From Octopus vulgaris (Eukaryota), in contig OX597817.1 of the NCBI GenBank assembly GCA_951406725.2, positions 56,792,001 through 56,856,000 on the forward strand: 64,000 nt of DNA, written 5' to 3'. Positions within the stretch are counted from its first letter, which is position 1. Every line of letters begins with the position of its first letter. Shown in pieces: positions 14,522 through 29,945 of this stretch. The notes under the pieces were generated by a model that worked only from the letters and a program-made list of their open reading frames with translations, ran no database searches and was not told where the DNA came from. Made by a program: the position numbers and the translations under genes.

Positions 14522-15479
14522 GCAACTTGGGAAACGCTTTACATTTTTTATGATCATCAATATGGGGGTTTAAGCTTAAATTTCTTATCAGCCCTTTTCA
14601 AAGAAAAGTGTTATATATATGTGTGTGTATGTGTATGTATGCATGTTTGCATATATATATATATATATATATAAGTATATATATACATATAAGAAATGTG
14701 ATACGTGTGCATATAAGTATGTATATACATGCATATTTCTATATGTATAGTCACTCATATATGTATATGCCTGTGTGTATATATATATATTTATGTACAT
14801 TATGCGCTATATGTATGTATATATATATATATATATTTGTGTACGTGTGTGTATATATATATACATCCATATTTTATATATCACTCATATATGTGTATGC
14901 ATGTGTGTGTATATATATTTATGTACACTAATGGCCTATATGTATATATATATATGTACAGGGTTTATATATAAGAAATAATTCCTTCCCTCATAGGCAC
15001 AAGGCCTGAAACTTTGGAAGTGAGGGATGCAGTGGGTTACATTGAAGTCATTGCTCAACTGTCACTTATTTTATCGACCCCCGAAAGAATAAAACGCATT
15101 GTCGACTCGGATGGAATTTGAACTCCGTATTTGGGAAATATGACAAAGTCTATGAATGATTGAACGATCCCTATCAGACGGAAGATCGAACCAGAATCAC
15201 ATGAGTTTAGTCCCAATATACTGGAGTCGATTTAAAGTGATAGATGATTACTAATACAATTTGAATCAACAAAACGGTGTGCTTTCTTGTGGAGTCGTGA
15301 TGTCAAGGGCTTGTATTAAATTCTGAGTTACTAAATTTTAAGATTTAAAATTCACTGTGACAAAAACAATCCTATGCTACCAAAAGCTTACCAAACGCCC
15401 TACTGTATTTGTGTGGATTACCACACCTGTCTATGATTTCAAATACCTCGAGTGAGCACACATTGCACTTTCCTATGTA

Positions 15480-16130
15480 TGGGAAAGCGGTTCTGATCAA
15501 GAAATTTCTTATGCAATTTCCTTCATTTTTTTATCCAACATCTATTCAGACAGGATGTAGGTTTGCGCTTACCAGGGTTCTTAAATGAAGAGACATAACA
15601 GTAAAATCACAGTTTAAATTAAAACGGTGTGACCCCTATATAATGAAAGGTTCCTATTTTAGTGGTAACACTGCAATTATACGGTAATTTCATTCTAAGG
15701 CACAGGATTAGCTATCGGACACTCAGTAGAGGTTCTACAATTACATGGGGCAGGAGGGACTCGTTGGGCAGGCTGTTATTACCAATTATCGATTGTACGT
15801 TAGTGTTTCATAGGGATTCCGTGATAACTGTTGCAGGTTGCAGCGAAATGCTCTTATTATGATTAATAAATCCTGTTGGAGGCTATTGTGGCCCCTTAAT
15901 GATAATAATATACAATTTCCCGTTATTTATGGTAGCTATATCCGGTGACATGTTCGGTGTGGTTGAATACGATAATTTAACAGTGTGTTTTGTTAAATAT
16001 TTTATGGTACCTAAGTGTAGAAGAAAAAACAAATCAAAGGCTTTTCAAAAGGTGCCCGCTATATCAGTTACTATGTGTAGCCCGAAAGGGGATTGAACCG
16101 TGTTATTTTCCTCTTACGTAATCTATTATT
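15480..16130 (-). mobile_element. Decayed Penelope-like element C-terminal (GIY-YIG) fragment
   Basis: Broken minus-strand frames give FTKHTVKLSYSTTPNM, CNCR...ECPI and YIGVT. Boundaries are approximate. Confidence 0.55.
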
Positions 16131-16518
16131 TTTAGTTTGATTTGCATAATCTAAATCCTCCTGACCATTGAGATTATTAGTAGTTGCTATATCCCTACGT
16201 TTGATCCGGGAAGAGCAATGGAGTTTGCAATAATTCTATGTTGAGAACATCGACATTAGAATAGTCGATCGATTAATTGATCGAATAATCGATCGCTTCG
16301 TTTTCCGGAGGGTTACCATGGAGGGAAACCAATTGTATCGATCTTCCCCTGGGACCCGTGCTACAGTATAGTAGTTTTTAACATTGTTATTATTGTTATT
16401 GTTCTTCTTCTTCTCCTTCTTCTTCTCCTCCTCCTCCTCCTCCTTCTTCTTCTTCTTCTCCTCCTCCTCCTCCTCCTTCTTTTTCTTCTCCTCCTCCTCC
16501 TTCTTCTTCTTCTTCATC

Positions 16519-16578
<60 letters not shown>

Positions 16579-16697
16579 GTTTCTTCTTTCTTCAAATTCT
16601 CTTCCGTTTCTCGCCGAGTGTTTTCCGTGCACCTAGAGCAGAGAAGCTCATTGTATGCATTCCCAGATTAGCTTTGCCCTAGGTGTACGGAAAACAA

Positions 16698-16856
<159 letters not shown>

Positions 16857-17886
16857 GCTATTGCACTCGTTGTTCTGCTTCCTACCTATGTAAGCTCAAA
16901 TACAAAGCTTAATGATAGTTTCACGAAGTGTCACTCCGACATATTCAGCCCCTCATATTGCATGGTGTTTCACTAGTGAATCATTTACATACAACGCAGT
17001 TAGAAAATGAACGGCCCAGAAACAATAGTAACGAATATCAAGGTTGTGCCGTATTCATTCTTCGTCATCTTATCTACATACATATACTTACGTACACATA
17101 TATATACATATACATATATACACGTATATATATACACGAATATCAAAGTTGTGCCATATTCATTCTTCGTCATCTTATGTACATATATATACATACATAA
17201 ACATGTATATATATACATATATATATATACACGTATATATATATATATATATATACACGTATATATATACATATATAAACATACATATATATATTATATA
17301 CATATACGTATATAAGCATACATATATATTATATATATATATAGACGTATATATATATACACGTATATATATACATATACAAACATACATGTACATATTA
17401 TATATATATACATATATAAACATACATATATATATATATATTATATATATACGCATATATATACATATATATATACATGCACACACATATATACATGTGT
17501 CATTATCTATTAATATATCTATCTGTATGTCTATATCTTCCTTTCTTTACCCCCCCCCCCGCTTTATCTGTCTGTCTAACTCTTTATTCCAACATTTGAA
17601 GTCAGCCAACTGCATTATTGCTTTGGTCACACTCGATGCACATCTGACATCTTCATGTGCATACTGCTGCACCAATTACATTTTAATTATCTTCTCCTCC
17701 TCCTCCTCCTATTCCTCTCCCTCTCCCTTCGCTCCCTTTCTTTTTCTCACTCACCTCTTTTACTCTGTCCCTCTCCCTCTGTTCCTCTCCCTGTCTTTTT
17801 CACTACCGTCCCTCTATCACTTACTGTTGCTTCTCATCTCTAAAATTAACATCTTCTTCCTTTTCTTCTTCTTCTTCTTCTTCTTC

Positions 17887-17940
<54 letters not shown>

Positions 17941-18150
17941 GTCTTCTTTTTGTACACCTTCTTCATTATCATCATCTTATTATTATTATTATTATTATTA
18001 TCATCATCATCATCATCATCTTTATCTTCATCTTCTTCTTTATCATCATCATCTTATTCTTATTCTTTGTCTTCTTTTTCTTCTTTTTTTTTCTTCTTCT
18101 TCATTATCATCATCTTTTTCTTCTCCCGCTTCTTCTTCTTCACCTTCTCC

Positions 18151-18189
<39 letters not shown>

Positions 18190-19029
18190 TTCTACTTCTT
18201 TTTCTCTTCCGCCTCCTTAATCCTAGGCCAGCCCTGACTGAAAGAGCCTATGATCTAGCAACATGTCCCCCAAAAATGTCCACTTTAAAACGGTGGATGT
18301 TGAAATTCAAGGAACATTTAACTGCTATTTCTAGCCGATAGCGTACTGACGCGAAAGTTGCCTCATTGACTCACGTGATGTTACTTGAAAAGAAATGACA
18401 AACTAAAACTAGCCCGGAAGTGGTTGCAAAATGCTCGAACATTCTAATCGGAATATTGAGTTTCGAAATTTACCCGCGTATTAAAGCAATGTCATTGTTC
18501 ACATCGGGCAAAATGAAATACTAACATATTTAAGACATCAGGAAGAAGAAGAAGAAGAAGAAGAAGAAGAAGAAGAAGAAGAAGAAGAAGAAGAAGAAGA
18601 AGAAGAAGAAGAAGAAGAAGAAGAAGAAGAAGAAGAAGAAGAAGAAGAAGAAGAAAGAGAAGAAGAAAAGAAGTAGATGGTTATTTAATTTTAAACTGTA
18701 AGGAAGAAAACACATTTCGACGTTTTCGACAATTGTCATTCGTCAAAACATAGAAGATAAAGAAACTCCGTGAAAGCAATGTTACATACAACTGTATGTA
18801 TAAGGGGGGGGGGGTTAAGTATATAGGCGGCTCCGTGTGCATGTGTGTGTATGTGTGTGTGTGTGTGTGTGGTTGTTCTTGAGAATTGCACATAATGACA
18901 ATACAGTTAAAACTACATAGGAAACAAGCTCTTGCTTGGGATGCATGTAACGGACTTGATAAGATCTGACCCTCAAACCTTCCACCTACGCTAACAGTTT
19001 AAAATATTTAGAATATTGATTGATAGAAC

Positions 19030-19385
19030 ACAGATTGAGCCGCTCCCTCTCTATGGATCAGCCTGCTCAGAAAGGTACAGAACATCAGTTGAAGATCACA
19101 CCCAATACTTGGTAACATCTACGGAAATCTGCTACCAATATCCCTCAAGTTAAAGCAGAAACGGCTACAATTTGCTGGCCACTGTCATCAAGCAGAGAAA
19201 GAGGTTATCTCATCCCTGTTCCAGTGGAATCCCTCTGGAAGTGTTTTCTCCAGGAAACTGACATTTCCAGGACTGAGGGCTGAATAATGGAGGTCTGAAC
19301 ACAGCAATGCAGGACAGCAATAGTGTGGAAAGAGATTGTCAATGGAGTTCCGACTAACCATAGGTTGGTCTAGGGATGAGGATGA
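19030..19385 (+). mobile_element. RTE-like LINE 3' fragment
   Basis: IYGNLLPISLKLKQKRLQFAGHC...KEVISSL..W. Confidence 0.6.
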
Positions 19386-20637
19386 AAACCACATGCGCCA
19401 ACACGTACACATGCATCGTGTGTCCATACATGGTGCCTCAAACACATGTACGATTCATTTATCCCGACAATGTCTAAGACATCAACCTTATACACCAATT
19501 CATTTTCGAGGAGGTTGCTTGACTCTGTGTGTATGTGTGCGTGAGTGTGTGTATGTGCGTGTGTATCTGGGTGGGTGTGTATGGTAAGAAGCTTGCTTCC
19601 CGACAACATGGTTCCAGGTTCAGTCCCACTGCGTGACACCTTGGGCGGGTTTCTTCCACTACAGCCTCGGGCTAACAAATGCCTTGTGAGACGGAAACTG
19701 AAAGAAGCCTATCGTATGTGTTCGCACGTGTGTGTGTGTGTGTGTATGTATGAATGTGTGTGCGTGTGTGTGTATGTGTGTGTGTTTGCGTCTGTCTGTG
19801 TCTGTGTTTGTGGGCGTCTGCATGTGTATGTGCATGCGTGTGTATATGTGCGTGTGCATGTGTGTGCGTATGTGTGTGTGCGTGTGTCTTTGTGTGTGTG
19901 TTTGTGTGCGTGTGTATGTGATTGTATGTGTGTGTGTGTATGTGTATGTGTGTATGTGTGTATGTGTGTGTGTATGGTTGTATGTGTTTGTATGTGTGTG
20001 TGTGCATGTGTACGTGTGTGTATGTGCGTATGTGTGTGTATGTGTGGGTGCATGTGTACGTATGTGTATGTGCGTATGTGTGTGTATGTGTGTGTATGTG
20101 TGTGCGTGTTTGTCCCATCACCACCACCACCACCACCACCACCACTGCCTGACAGCCCGTAGCGGTTTGCTTACGTCACCGCAAAATTATCGGCAAAAGA
20201 CAATGTTAGACTAAACACCAGTCTTTCAAAAAATATAAAAGCTAAATCCCCGGATCGGTTCCTTTGCCAAATAGCCTTCAAGAGGATGCCCCAGCATGGC
20301 CGCATCCTAATGACCGAAACCAGTAAACGATAAAAGATAAAAGGAACATATGCGCATGCGCACAGCTGCCTCTATCTGTTTCTTTGTTTCTCATGCTTGC
20401 AGCTCCGCGTCTACATTGGACGCGTACAAATGGACAAATATATCATTCTTTGAACAGGTCAAGCTTATGAAATTAATTTCATAAATTAATAATCTTTGAC
20501 TGTTGTTGATATCGTTCGTGTCAATGTGGCCGTTGCTGCTGTTGCTGTGGTTGTCGTTGTTATTTCTATTGTTAATGTTGTTCGGCTGCCCCGGGTTACA
20601 TGTGCAAGTACAAACCTATGGTATATTGGTAACTGAT

Positions 20638-20670
<33 letters not shown>

Positions 20671-20681
20671 GCATATATATA

Positions 20682-20717
<36 letters not shown>

Positions 20718-20950
20718 TATATATATATATGCATATATATATATATGCATATATATATATATATATATATGCATATATATATATGCATATATATATACAT
20801 ATGCATATATATATATATATGTATATATATGTATACACATATATATTTATACATATATAGATATATCTATATAAATTTATAGATATATAGATATATAGAT
20901 ATAGACATACATATATTTATAAATGCATATAGATAAAGTATATATATATA

Positions 20951-20991
<41 letters not shown>

Positions 20992-21134
20992 GCACACAAA
21001 CACACACAAACACATTTACATATTATATATACATGAATGTGTGTACCAGACGATCAATGGAAGGTTGCAGAGGAGTAAAACATGACATCGAAGAGGTGCA
21101 TTGTGGGTAGGGGACGGATGATAACAATGGTGGT

Positions 21135-21166
<32 letters not shown>

Positions 21167-21397
21167 TGATGATGATAATGATGATGATGCCGATGATGAT
21201 GATGATGATAACGACGATGACGATGACGATGATGATGATCCTGGTTTGTTATTCTCCACAGACCAATGATAGACGAATATCGATCAGTCCTTCCAATATG
21301 ATCAGAGCTATAAATTACTGCCGCAGCGTTTGCCATCTTCGATCACATTCAAGGTTCAGTAATCACTGGCACATGGCTTTCACACACGGTAATACTC

Positions 21398-21470
<73 letters not shown>

Positions 21471-21560
21471 GTGTGTGTACGTATGCAAGGATGCAAGGAT
21501 GTTTGTAAGTAACTGCTTGTGTATGCATACGTGGGTCTTTATACATGGGTATACATACAT

Positions 21561-21593
<33 letters not shown>

Positions 21594-21599
21594 CATATA

Positions 21600-21646
<47 letters not shown>

Positions 21647-22485
21647 CAAAGGGAAAGCAAGAGGAATATAAACATACGCATACACACACATATATATATA
21701 CACAAATGTATACACATCTATGTATGGCTGTGTGTATGTATAGATACACATTCTCTATTAGATGCACATCTATACATATATGTGTGTATACATATATGTG
21801 CATACCAGATATATGTACGTGTATGCATATATGTGTATGTGTGCACGCCTGAGAGTGTGTGTGTATCTGTGTCTCTTTGTTTGTATTTATGTATATATAT
21901 ATATATAGATATATTTATATATGTATGTATATATATACATATATATATATATATGCGTGTATAAACGTACGTATATATACGTATACATGCATATTTATTA
22001 TGTATGTGTATATATATATATATATACTTACATATACATATATACATACATCAGCATACAGTATATAAACGCGAGTTAAAAAGAGTGAGTCTGGGTGGGT
22101 TTAGGGGAGAGGCGGAAGAAGGAGATATAAGGAAGAAATGGTTGAAATACAGAGAGGAAAGAAACAGTAAATAGATAATGGCGGAAAAATTGCGTAGTAG
22201 GGTGGGAGTAAGAGTTAAAGACAGAAAAGGAGTAGGAGAGAGAGTGATAGTAAGAGGAGAGTTGATGTTTAGATATGATGGGGGTAGGAGGGTCTGTGAG
22301 GAAAATAGAGGCAGAGAGGGGAGAAGGGAAAGGAGGAGAAGTAAGAGTGATAAGTTTGGCTGAACGTCACACGACCCTTACATAAATATTCGATAGGGGG
22401 GAACAACAGGTCACAGCTCTGTCGGGATATATTTAGTGCATTGTGGGTAATGATTCATCACTGACAGAGATAGATATACTTACAT

Positions 22486-22520
<35 letters not shown>

Positions 22521-22643
22521 CATTTGTATGTAAGATATGTATGTATATATATTTATATATATATATATATACATCCACACACACACATATATATATATGT
22601 ATATATATATACATACATATATATATATATACATACATATGTA

Positions 22644-22717
<74 letters not shown>

Positions 22718-22726
22718 GATATATAT

Positions 22727-22782
<56 letters not shown>

Positions 22783-24606
22783 ATATAATGACAAGTTATG
22801 TATTAACGCTGGAGATTTTAAGTATAGATTATGTAAGATGCAAAGACGTAGTAGATAGTTAACCACTAGCAAAGACCCTGTCATTTTCTCCTGTCAAATT
22901 AAGGTTATATAAATGTTATTATAGGTATACACTAACAGCAGTACCTCCCCACATATCACATGAAGTTCGTAGATAATTTCGTAGCCACTTAACCACCATC
23001 AGATAAGCTATTCCACTCCTTTCTTACACAGCCAAGTATTACACACTCCAGTAGAAGGGTCGTTTCATTTTGCTTCAGTTTGATTAATGCAAGGAAATTA
23101 TACGGAATTTTTACTTGTTAATCTGTAACTTGTTATCATCTTTTTATTTCTGTGTTTAATTATCGTCATAAATATCGAATATATTTGTAATTCCTGACAG
23201 TGTTAGACAGTGGTAGACATGATCAGAAGGCATAACTAGATTGGGACAAGGTAAACATTTGCCCTTGTTACATGTGAAGACAGTATTACGTATGATTTGT
23301 TTTGGGTTTTTTTTTCTTGCTTTCATGTATCAGCATTGTTTTATTGTATATGTGTGTGTATGCATCTGTCAGTGTGTGGACATTCGTGTGTGTACCTATG
23401 TATGTATGTATGTGATTAAAACACACTGTTTTTCGCACGTGCGTATTAAATTGGATTTACTCCTCAGTGTAAATTCGATTTACTCCACAGTGTTCTAATC
23501 ACCGGCGGTGTAAGTGAAGAGGGTAACTCTAACTAAGGTTGAAAAAGGAGCTAACTCATACCAGTTTTATTAGACTAGGTAGAGTGGTCTCAAATTGTGC
23601 TGAGTCAAACTCGGAACCCCACAACAAAATAATGTTCACCCCGCTCTAATTGCCCAACGAAACTAACCAACTTACTACAATGAAACCTCTCCCCAGCAAA
23701 ATTACCAACTCAAGAACAAAATTTAACATAAAACTTACTAACTTTGCCTCGATTGCCATCACATATGTATGAACTATTTTCGTATCCTAACCGATGTATC
23801 AATCCTTTTTCGCATTCTGAAGAGATTTGCTAAAACTAGTAAATCGAAACGATCGTAAATGCTACCTTTCTCATTGCTTCCTTCTTCTTTGTTATCTAAT
23901 CAAATTAATGGCATACCAGCGAAAACGACGAGTCTCTCCTTGTTATTACATCCATTTTCTTCTCGTATATATATATATACACATACATAAACATACATAT
24001 ATATATATACATACATAAACATATATATATGTATGTATGCATACATGCAGGCATGTATGTGTGTAAGTATGTATACATGTATGTATGAATGTATGTATAT
24101 ATGTATGTATGTATGCATGGATGCAGGCATGCATGTATGCATGTATGTATGAATGCATGTAAGTATGTATATATGTATGAATGTATGTGTGTATACATGC
24201 AGGCATGTATGTATGGATGTGTGTATGTATGAATGTATGTATATAAGTATGTATGAATGTATGCTTATTTGTATATATGTATGTATGTATATATGTATGT
24301 TTTTTTTGTTTTTTACTTTTTAGTTTCAGCTCAGAGCTGCGGCCATGCTGATGCACCGCGTATGTATATAAATATATATTTACATTTAGAAAGACCTACA
24401 GAATATTTTACAGATGGTGGGTAGGCGATACTGAGACTAGAATCAAACTTATAACACTTGCTTGTGACTCAAATGTGGCCTGTCAGCTTATTTACCTAGT
24501 GGTCATGTAAGCCGTCAGGCGAAACTTCAAGCGTGAATCAATACTAATTTTATTGTATATTGACTCACACACACACCCATACACACACACTCCCACACAC
24601 ACACGC

Positions 24607-24637
<31 letters not shown>

Positions 24638-25366
24638 AACACACACACACGCCACACACACACACACACATACACACACACATTATAAACATTGACTGAA
24701 GCTGCAAGTTTGATAGACGTTTATTAAATCCATACAAAGAAAAGTTTGTCAGTTACTTCGGAATTACTGCTTTGGAGCCGTCATCATAATTACACACACA
24801 CACACATCTCAAACCATATACATACATATATATATAAGGGTCTCAGGGAATAAAGACCAATACCTAGAACGCGTTTTGGTGCTGTAGACAACGGCGTTGT
24901 CAATGCTGTCATCTCTACTTTCGACAGAGGGATAATAGATATTTCGCAGATGTTATTCGTTCAACTGTTGGGTTGCTTCATAAAAATAGATCAAAAGAAA
25001 TATAAAATGCCAATTAGTCGGAACAGCAGCGAAGTATTTGTTGTTTAGGGTTATATATAAAGGGGTGGGTGGGTGTATATTGTTGTGTATTTCGGGGTAT
25101 GATTATTTCCATCGTTTATTTGTTTAGTTATTAGTGTGAAGGTGTCTGTATGAGCGTATACTTCATGAGTATTCATAAATATATATAAATATATATATCT
25201 GTGTCTATGTTCCACTTTGCTCCAAACGCACACAAGCATATATACACACGTGTACACACACACGGTAATTAGAATACATATGTTTAAATTTCTCAATATA
25301 TGTATGTGTATATGTGTGCAAGCATGTAAGAACAATCAGCCAGACAAACTGACAGACCGACCGACT

Positions 25367-25441
<75 letters not shown>

Positions 25442-25763
25442 CTATCTTTACGCCAGCAAAGTATATATAAATATATGTGTTTAAATATGTAAATGTGTGT
25501 ATATATATGAATGGTATAATTTAATTTTTCATTATTGAATTGATAAAAGGTGTTTTTTTCTAATTCATATATATATATAAATTAGAAAAAAACACCTTTT
25601 AACATTTCAATAATGAAAAATTAAATTATACCATTTAGAAAAATTACCTATTGATAAAAGATGTTTTTTTTTCTAATTTATATATATATTTTGTGAAATT
25701 TGATTTAGTATTTCTAAATTGAATTTTTCCCTTTAAGTTCGGAATAATATTCCCTCATATTAT

Positions 25764-25812
<49 letters not shown>

Positions 25813-25896
25813 CATACTTATACATATGAACAGTATATACGATCACATAAACATGAAATATATATATATGAATGTACATATATATATATATATATA

Positions 25897-26264
25897 ACGG
25901 GAAGCTTTATGAAAATAAACAAAAGACGAAGGCAGGTGGAAAACAAACGAACAATTGTATTAGTATGGCGCTCAGGAAATATAAATAAAACAAGTCTTTA
26001 ACGTTTCGAGCCTACGCTCTTCAACAGAAAGATACACAGAGAGAGAAAAACACAGAAAGAAGGAGAGAAAAAAATGCGTGCAGTAGCTAACGAATCAACA
26101 TGGCGATCTGATTTCGGCCAGAGGTCAAAGATCAAACATGAGACGCGAGAGCGAAATAAGGGGAGATAATAGGGTTGATAAAAGGGTTGAGGGACCAGCT
26201 AAAAGTGCGTGGGAGGGGTCTGGATGTGTGTATGTATAGGGTTGGTGTATGTATTAGTATGTAT

Positions 26265-26305
<41 letters not shown>

Positions 26306-26862
26306 AGAGAGTATTAGTGCGTAAGATTGGTCTGGACGTACGTATGTATGGGGTTGGTGTATGTATTAGTATGTATTAGTATGTATTAGTATGTATTAGT
26401 ACGTATTGGTATGTATAGGTGTGTGTGTGTGTGTGTGAGAGAGAGTATAAGTGCGTATGCGGGGTCTGGACGTGTGTATGTATAGGGTTGGTGTAAGTAT
26501 TAGTATGTACTAGTATGTATTAGTACGTATTAGTATGTATTAGTTGGTGTGTGTATTAGTATGGCACATCATATGTGATGTGATGGGTAAAGTCATGTGG
26601 TGTAGTGAGGAGAAGAGGGGGAGGGGGAGAAGAGGGGGAGAAGGGGAGGGGAAGAAGAGGGAGAGGAGAAGGGGGAAGAGGAGAGGATGGGGGAGAAGGA
26701 AGGGGAGGAGGGGGATGAAGGAGGAAAGAGGGAGAGGGGGAGAGAGAAGGGGAGAGAGGGAGTGAGGGAGCAGAGGGAAGGGGAAGAGGGAGGGAGAAAG
26801 AGGGAAGAAGGGAAGGGGAGTAGGGGTGAAAGGATGAAGGACTGAAGAAGTAGGGGTCGGGG
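25897..26862 (-). mobile_element. 3'/terminal-repeat part of the same Penelope-like family
   Basis: The reverse complement of 26820-26862 (ccccgacccctacttcttcagtccttcatcctttcacccctac) matches 58530-58575 just after the GIY-YIG stop. The segment ends in a hammerhead-like motif and sits in (TA)n. Confidence 0.7.
25995..26032 (-). ncRNA. Hammerhead-like motif with a degenerate core in a Penelope-like terminal repeat
   Basis: Minus: UCUUU-CUGUUGA-a-GAGC guag GCUC-GAAA-CG-UU-AAAGA. Relatives at 43440-43475 (+, CUGUAGA) and 45371-45403 (+, CUGAAGA). Confidence 0.55.
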
Positions 26863-27020
26863 ATGTGTGTGTGTGTGTGTGTGTGCATATATGTATATAT
26901 ATATATATATGTATATATGTATATATATATATATTATATATATATATATATATATACATATATACATATATGTATATATATGTATATGTATATATATATG
27001 TACATATGTATATATATATG

Positions 27021-27074
<54 letters not shown>

Positions 27075-27292
27075 TGTATGTATATATTACTTATCTCTTG
27101 GCTTTTGTGTCAAATTGTAATGAAAACAATTTAACATTCCTCTGAAGAATTATTCCATATTTTTTGTAGAGTATTTATAATACCTTTACACTAGTAGTGG
27201 TGACAGTGACTTCAAAGTTTCGATCTGAAAGCCTTCACTCGACTGTCTATATATGTGTATATATATACAAGAAAATATTTGATTATTACTAA

Positions 27293-27364
<72 letters not shown>

Positions 27365-27463
27365 GTTTATTGATATTAGATTTAGTGTAATCTTCACGTC
27401 ACAATACATATTATAGTAGATTCCAATATACCGTATACTAATTGACTAGTATAGGCACAGAAA

Positions 27464-28175
<712 letters not shown>

Positions 28176-28177
28176 AT

Positions 28178-28318
28178 ATGTGGTGAATCTAGGGAGATCT
28201 CACTGCTATTTCCAGCATCTTGAAGGCATAGAAAGTATAAGCGTGGCTATGTGGTAAGAAGTTTGCTTTCAAATAATATGGTTCCGGGTTCAATCTCACT
28301 GCGTGGCATCTTGAGCAA

Positions 28319-28370
<52 letters not shown>

Positions 28371-28752
28371 GTTCGTTTCAATCTCAGCTGTTTCCTCTTG
28401 AAGCACATGTGCTTATTCCATTGTTACAACTCAATATGTAGTCTCAGTTGCTGCTCTATGTTAATCAAAATATTATTATATAATGGTGAACAAATGATAC
28501 CAAAAATTTCCAAATTCTAGTTTTGTTTTAAACTGCAGGCTTCTTTCAGTTTCCGGCAACCAAATCTATTCACAATGCTTTGGTCGGCCCGAGATTGTAA
28601 GTAGAAGACATTTGCTCAAGATGCCACGCAGTGAGATTGAACCCGGAACCATATTATTTGAAAGCAAACTTCTTACCACATAGCCACGCTTATACTTTCT
28701 ATGCCTTCAAGATGCTGGAAATAGCAGTGAGATCTCCCTAGATTCACCACAT
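28178..28752. repeat. 145-bp inverted duplication
   Basis: 28178-28322 is the reverse complement of 28608-28752. Confidence 0.9.
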
Positions 28753-29254
28753 ACCATCTTATAAAAGAAGTCACATTAGATATTTTCATCCTAAATATAC
28801 TGTGCTTGAAAGCAAGGACGAATTGGTCACGGCTTGAACGTCTTTGAAGATGGGTTTGTTGACTAAGACTAGTTTAAAGCTAAAGTCGTCGGGTTATGTA
28901 GTGTTTCACGGCGGGGTCATGACTGGAACGCTCTCCTGATAAAACAGCAACATATTCGAGCAACAGCAACGACAACCAGCTAACGAGAAAGCCATCTACG
29001 TGGTCGCTAAATTTGCAAGAAACAGCAGCCAGATTTCCCTCAAACCACACCCAAAAGCTTAAAGGAGAAGGAAGAAAACGTGATAAAAGTAGTCCTAAAT
29101 GTATAGTTTGTATGAGAAGTTTTAGGAGATGGTCATATTTGGAACGATTATGATCGTTGGTTTATTCGATTTGAATTGTTCCAGGTTAACGAAAGAAAAA
29201 CAAAGAAATAACAGGGAGGGAAAATAAAATCGATTTATCAGAATGATAACGGAT

Positions 29255-29612
29255 TGATTTGTGAAAAATCGATAATTGATCGTAGAAAATTGATTCGTCG
29301 GTCAGAGAAAAGTTATTTTGGATCTGTCGAAAATCCATGATTGAGTGTTAAAAAAAATAGATGATCGATTGTGGAAAATTGACAATCGATACTTGGAAAA
29401 TTGATAACCAATAAGTCGAAAATAGATGATTGATCTGTATCAAATCGATTATTGAACTGCCGAAAATTGATTATTGGCCGCAGAATATTCTTGATCGATC
29501 TCTTGGAAATCGATATTCGGGCGTAGACTATGATTATCGATCGGAGAAAATCGATATTCAATATACAAAGATCAATGACTGATCGATAGAAAATGATTGA
29601 TCTTAGAAAAGT
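29255..29612. repeat. Degenerate 22-bp minisatellite (GAAAATYGAT..TYGAT consensus)
   Basis: Units such as gaaaattgattcgtcggtcaga, gaaaattgacaatcgatacttg and gaaaatagatgattgatctgta recur at about 22-bp spacing. Confidence 0.7.
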
Positions 29613-29913
29613 AAAAATAGACATCTTTGGATAAACGTATCTTTATTAAACAGAAGCGCAGGAAAATTCTTCAATTTTATCTGAAGAAGTTGTGGAATGT
29701 TCTCTGAGAGAATTACAGCAGAGTAAGAACTTTGGTAGGAGACTGTGGAACGAGGCAAATCGATATGATATGTGAAACATCAGATGCTAGGTTCGATCCT
29801 TCGTTAGTCTGTAATTTGATGTGTAAATGCCTCGTGTTATTGCTGCTGCTGCTGCTGTTATAGTTGTTGTTGTTGTTGTTGTGGTGGTGGTGATGGTGGT
29901 GGTGGTGGTGTTG

Positions 29914-29945
<32 letters not shown>

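Noticed and set aside
21262-21388. Possible plus-strand exon (ccacag...gtaata)
   Set aside because: Weak donor, an unrecognisable peptide and no partner exons. Support is insufficient.
25510-25635. Imperfect inverted repeat around (TA)n
   Set aside because: It is real but is another small tail-to-tail fragment of the class already reported, with no additional signal.
29255-29612. CRISPR-like repeat-spacer pattern
   Set aside because: Eukaryotic context, no constant repeat with unique spacers and no cas genes.
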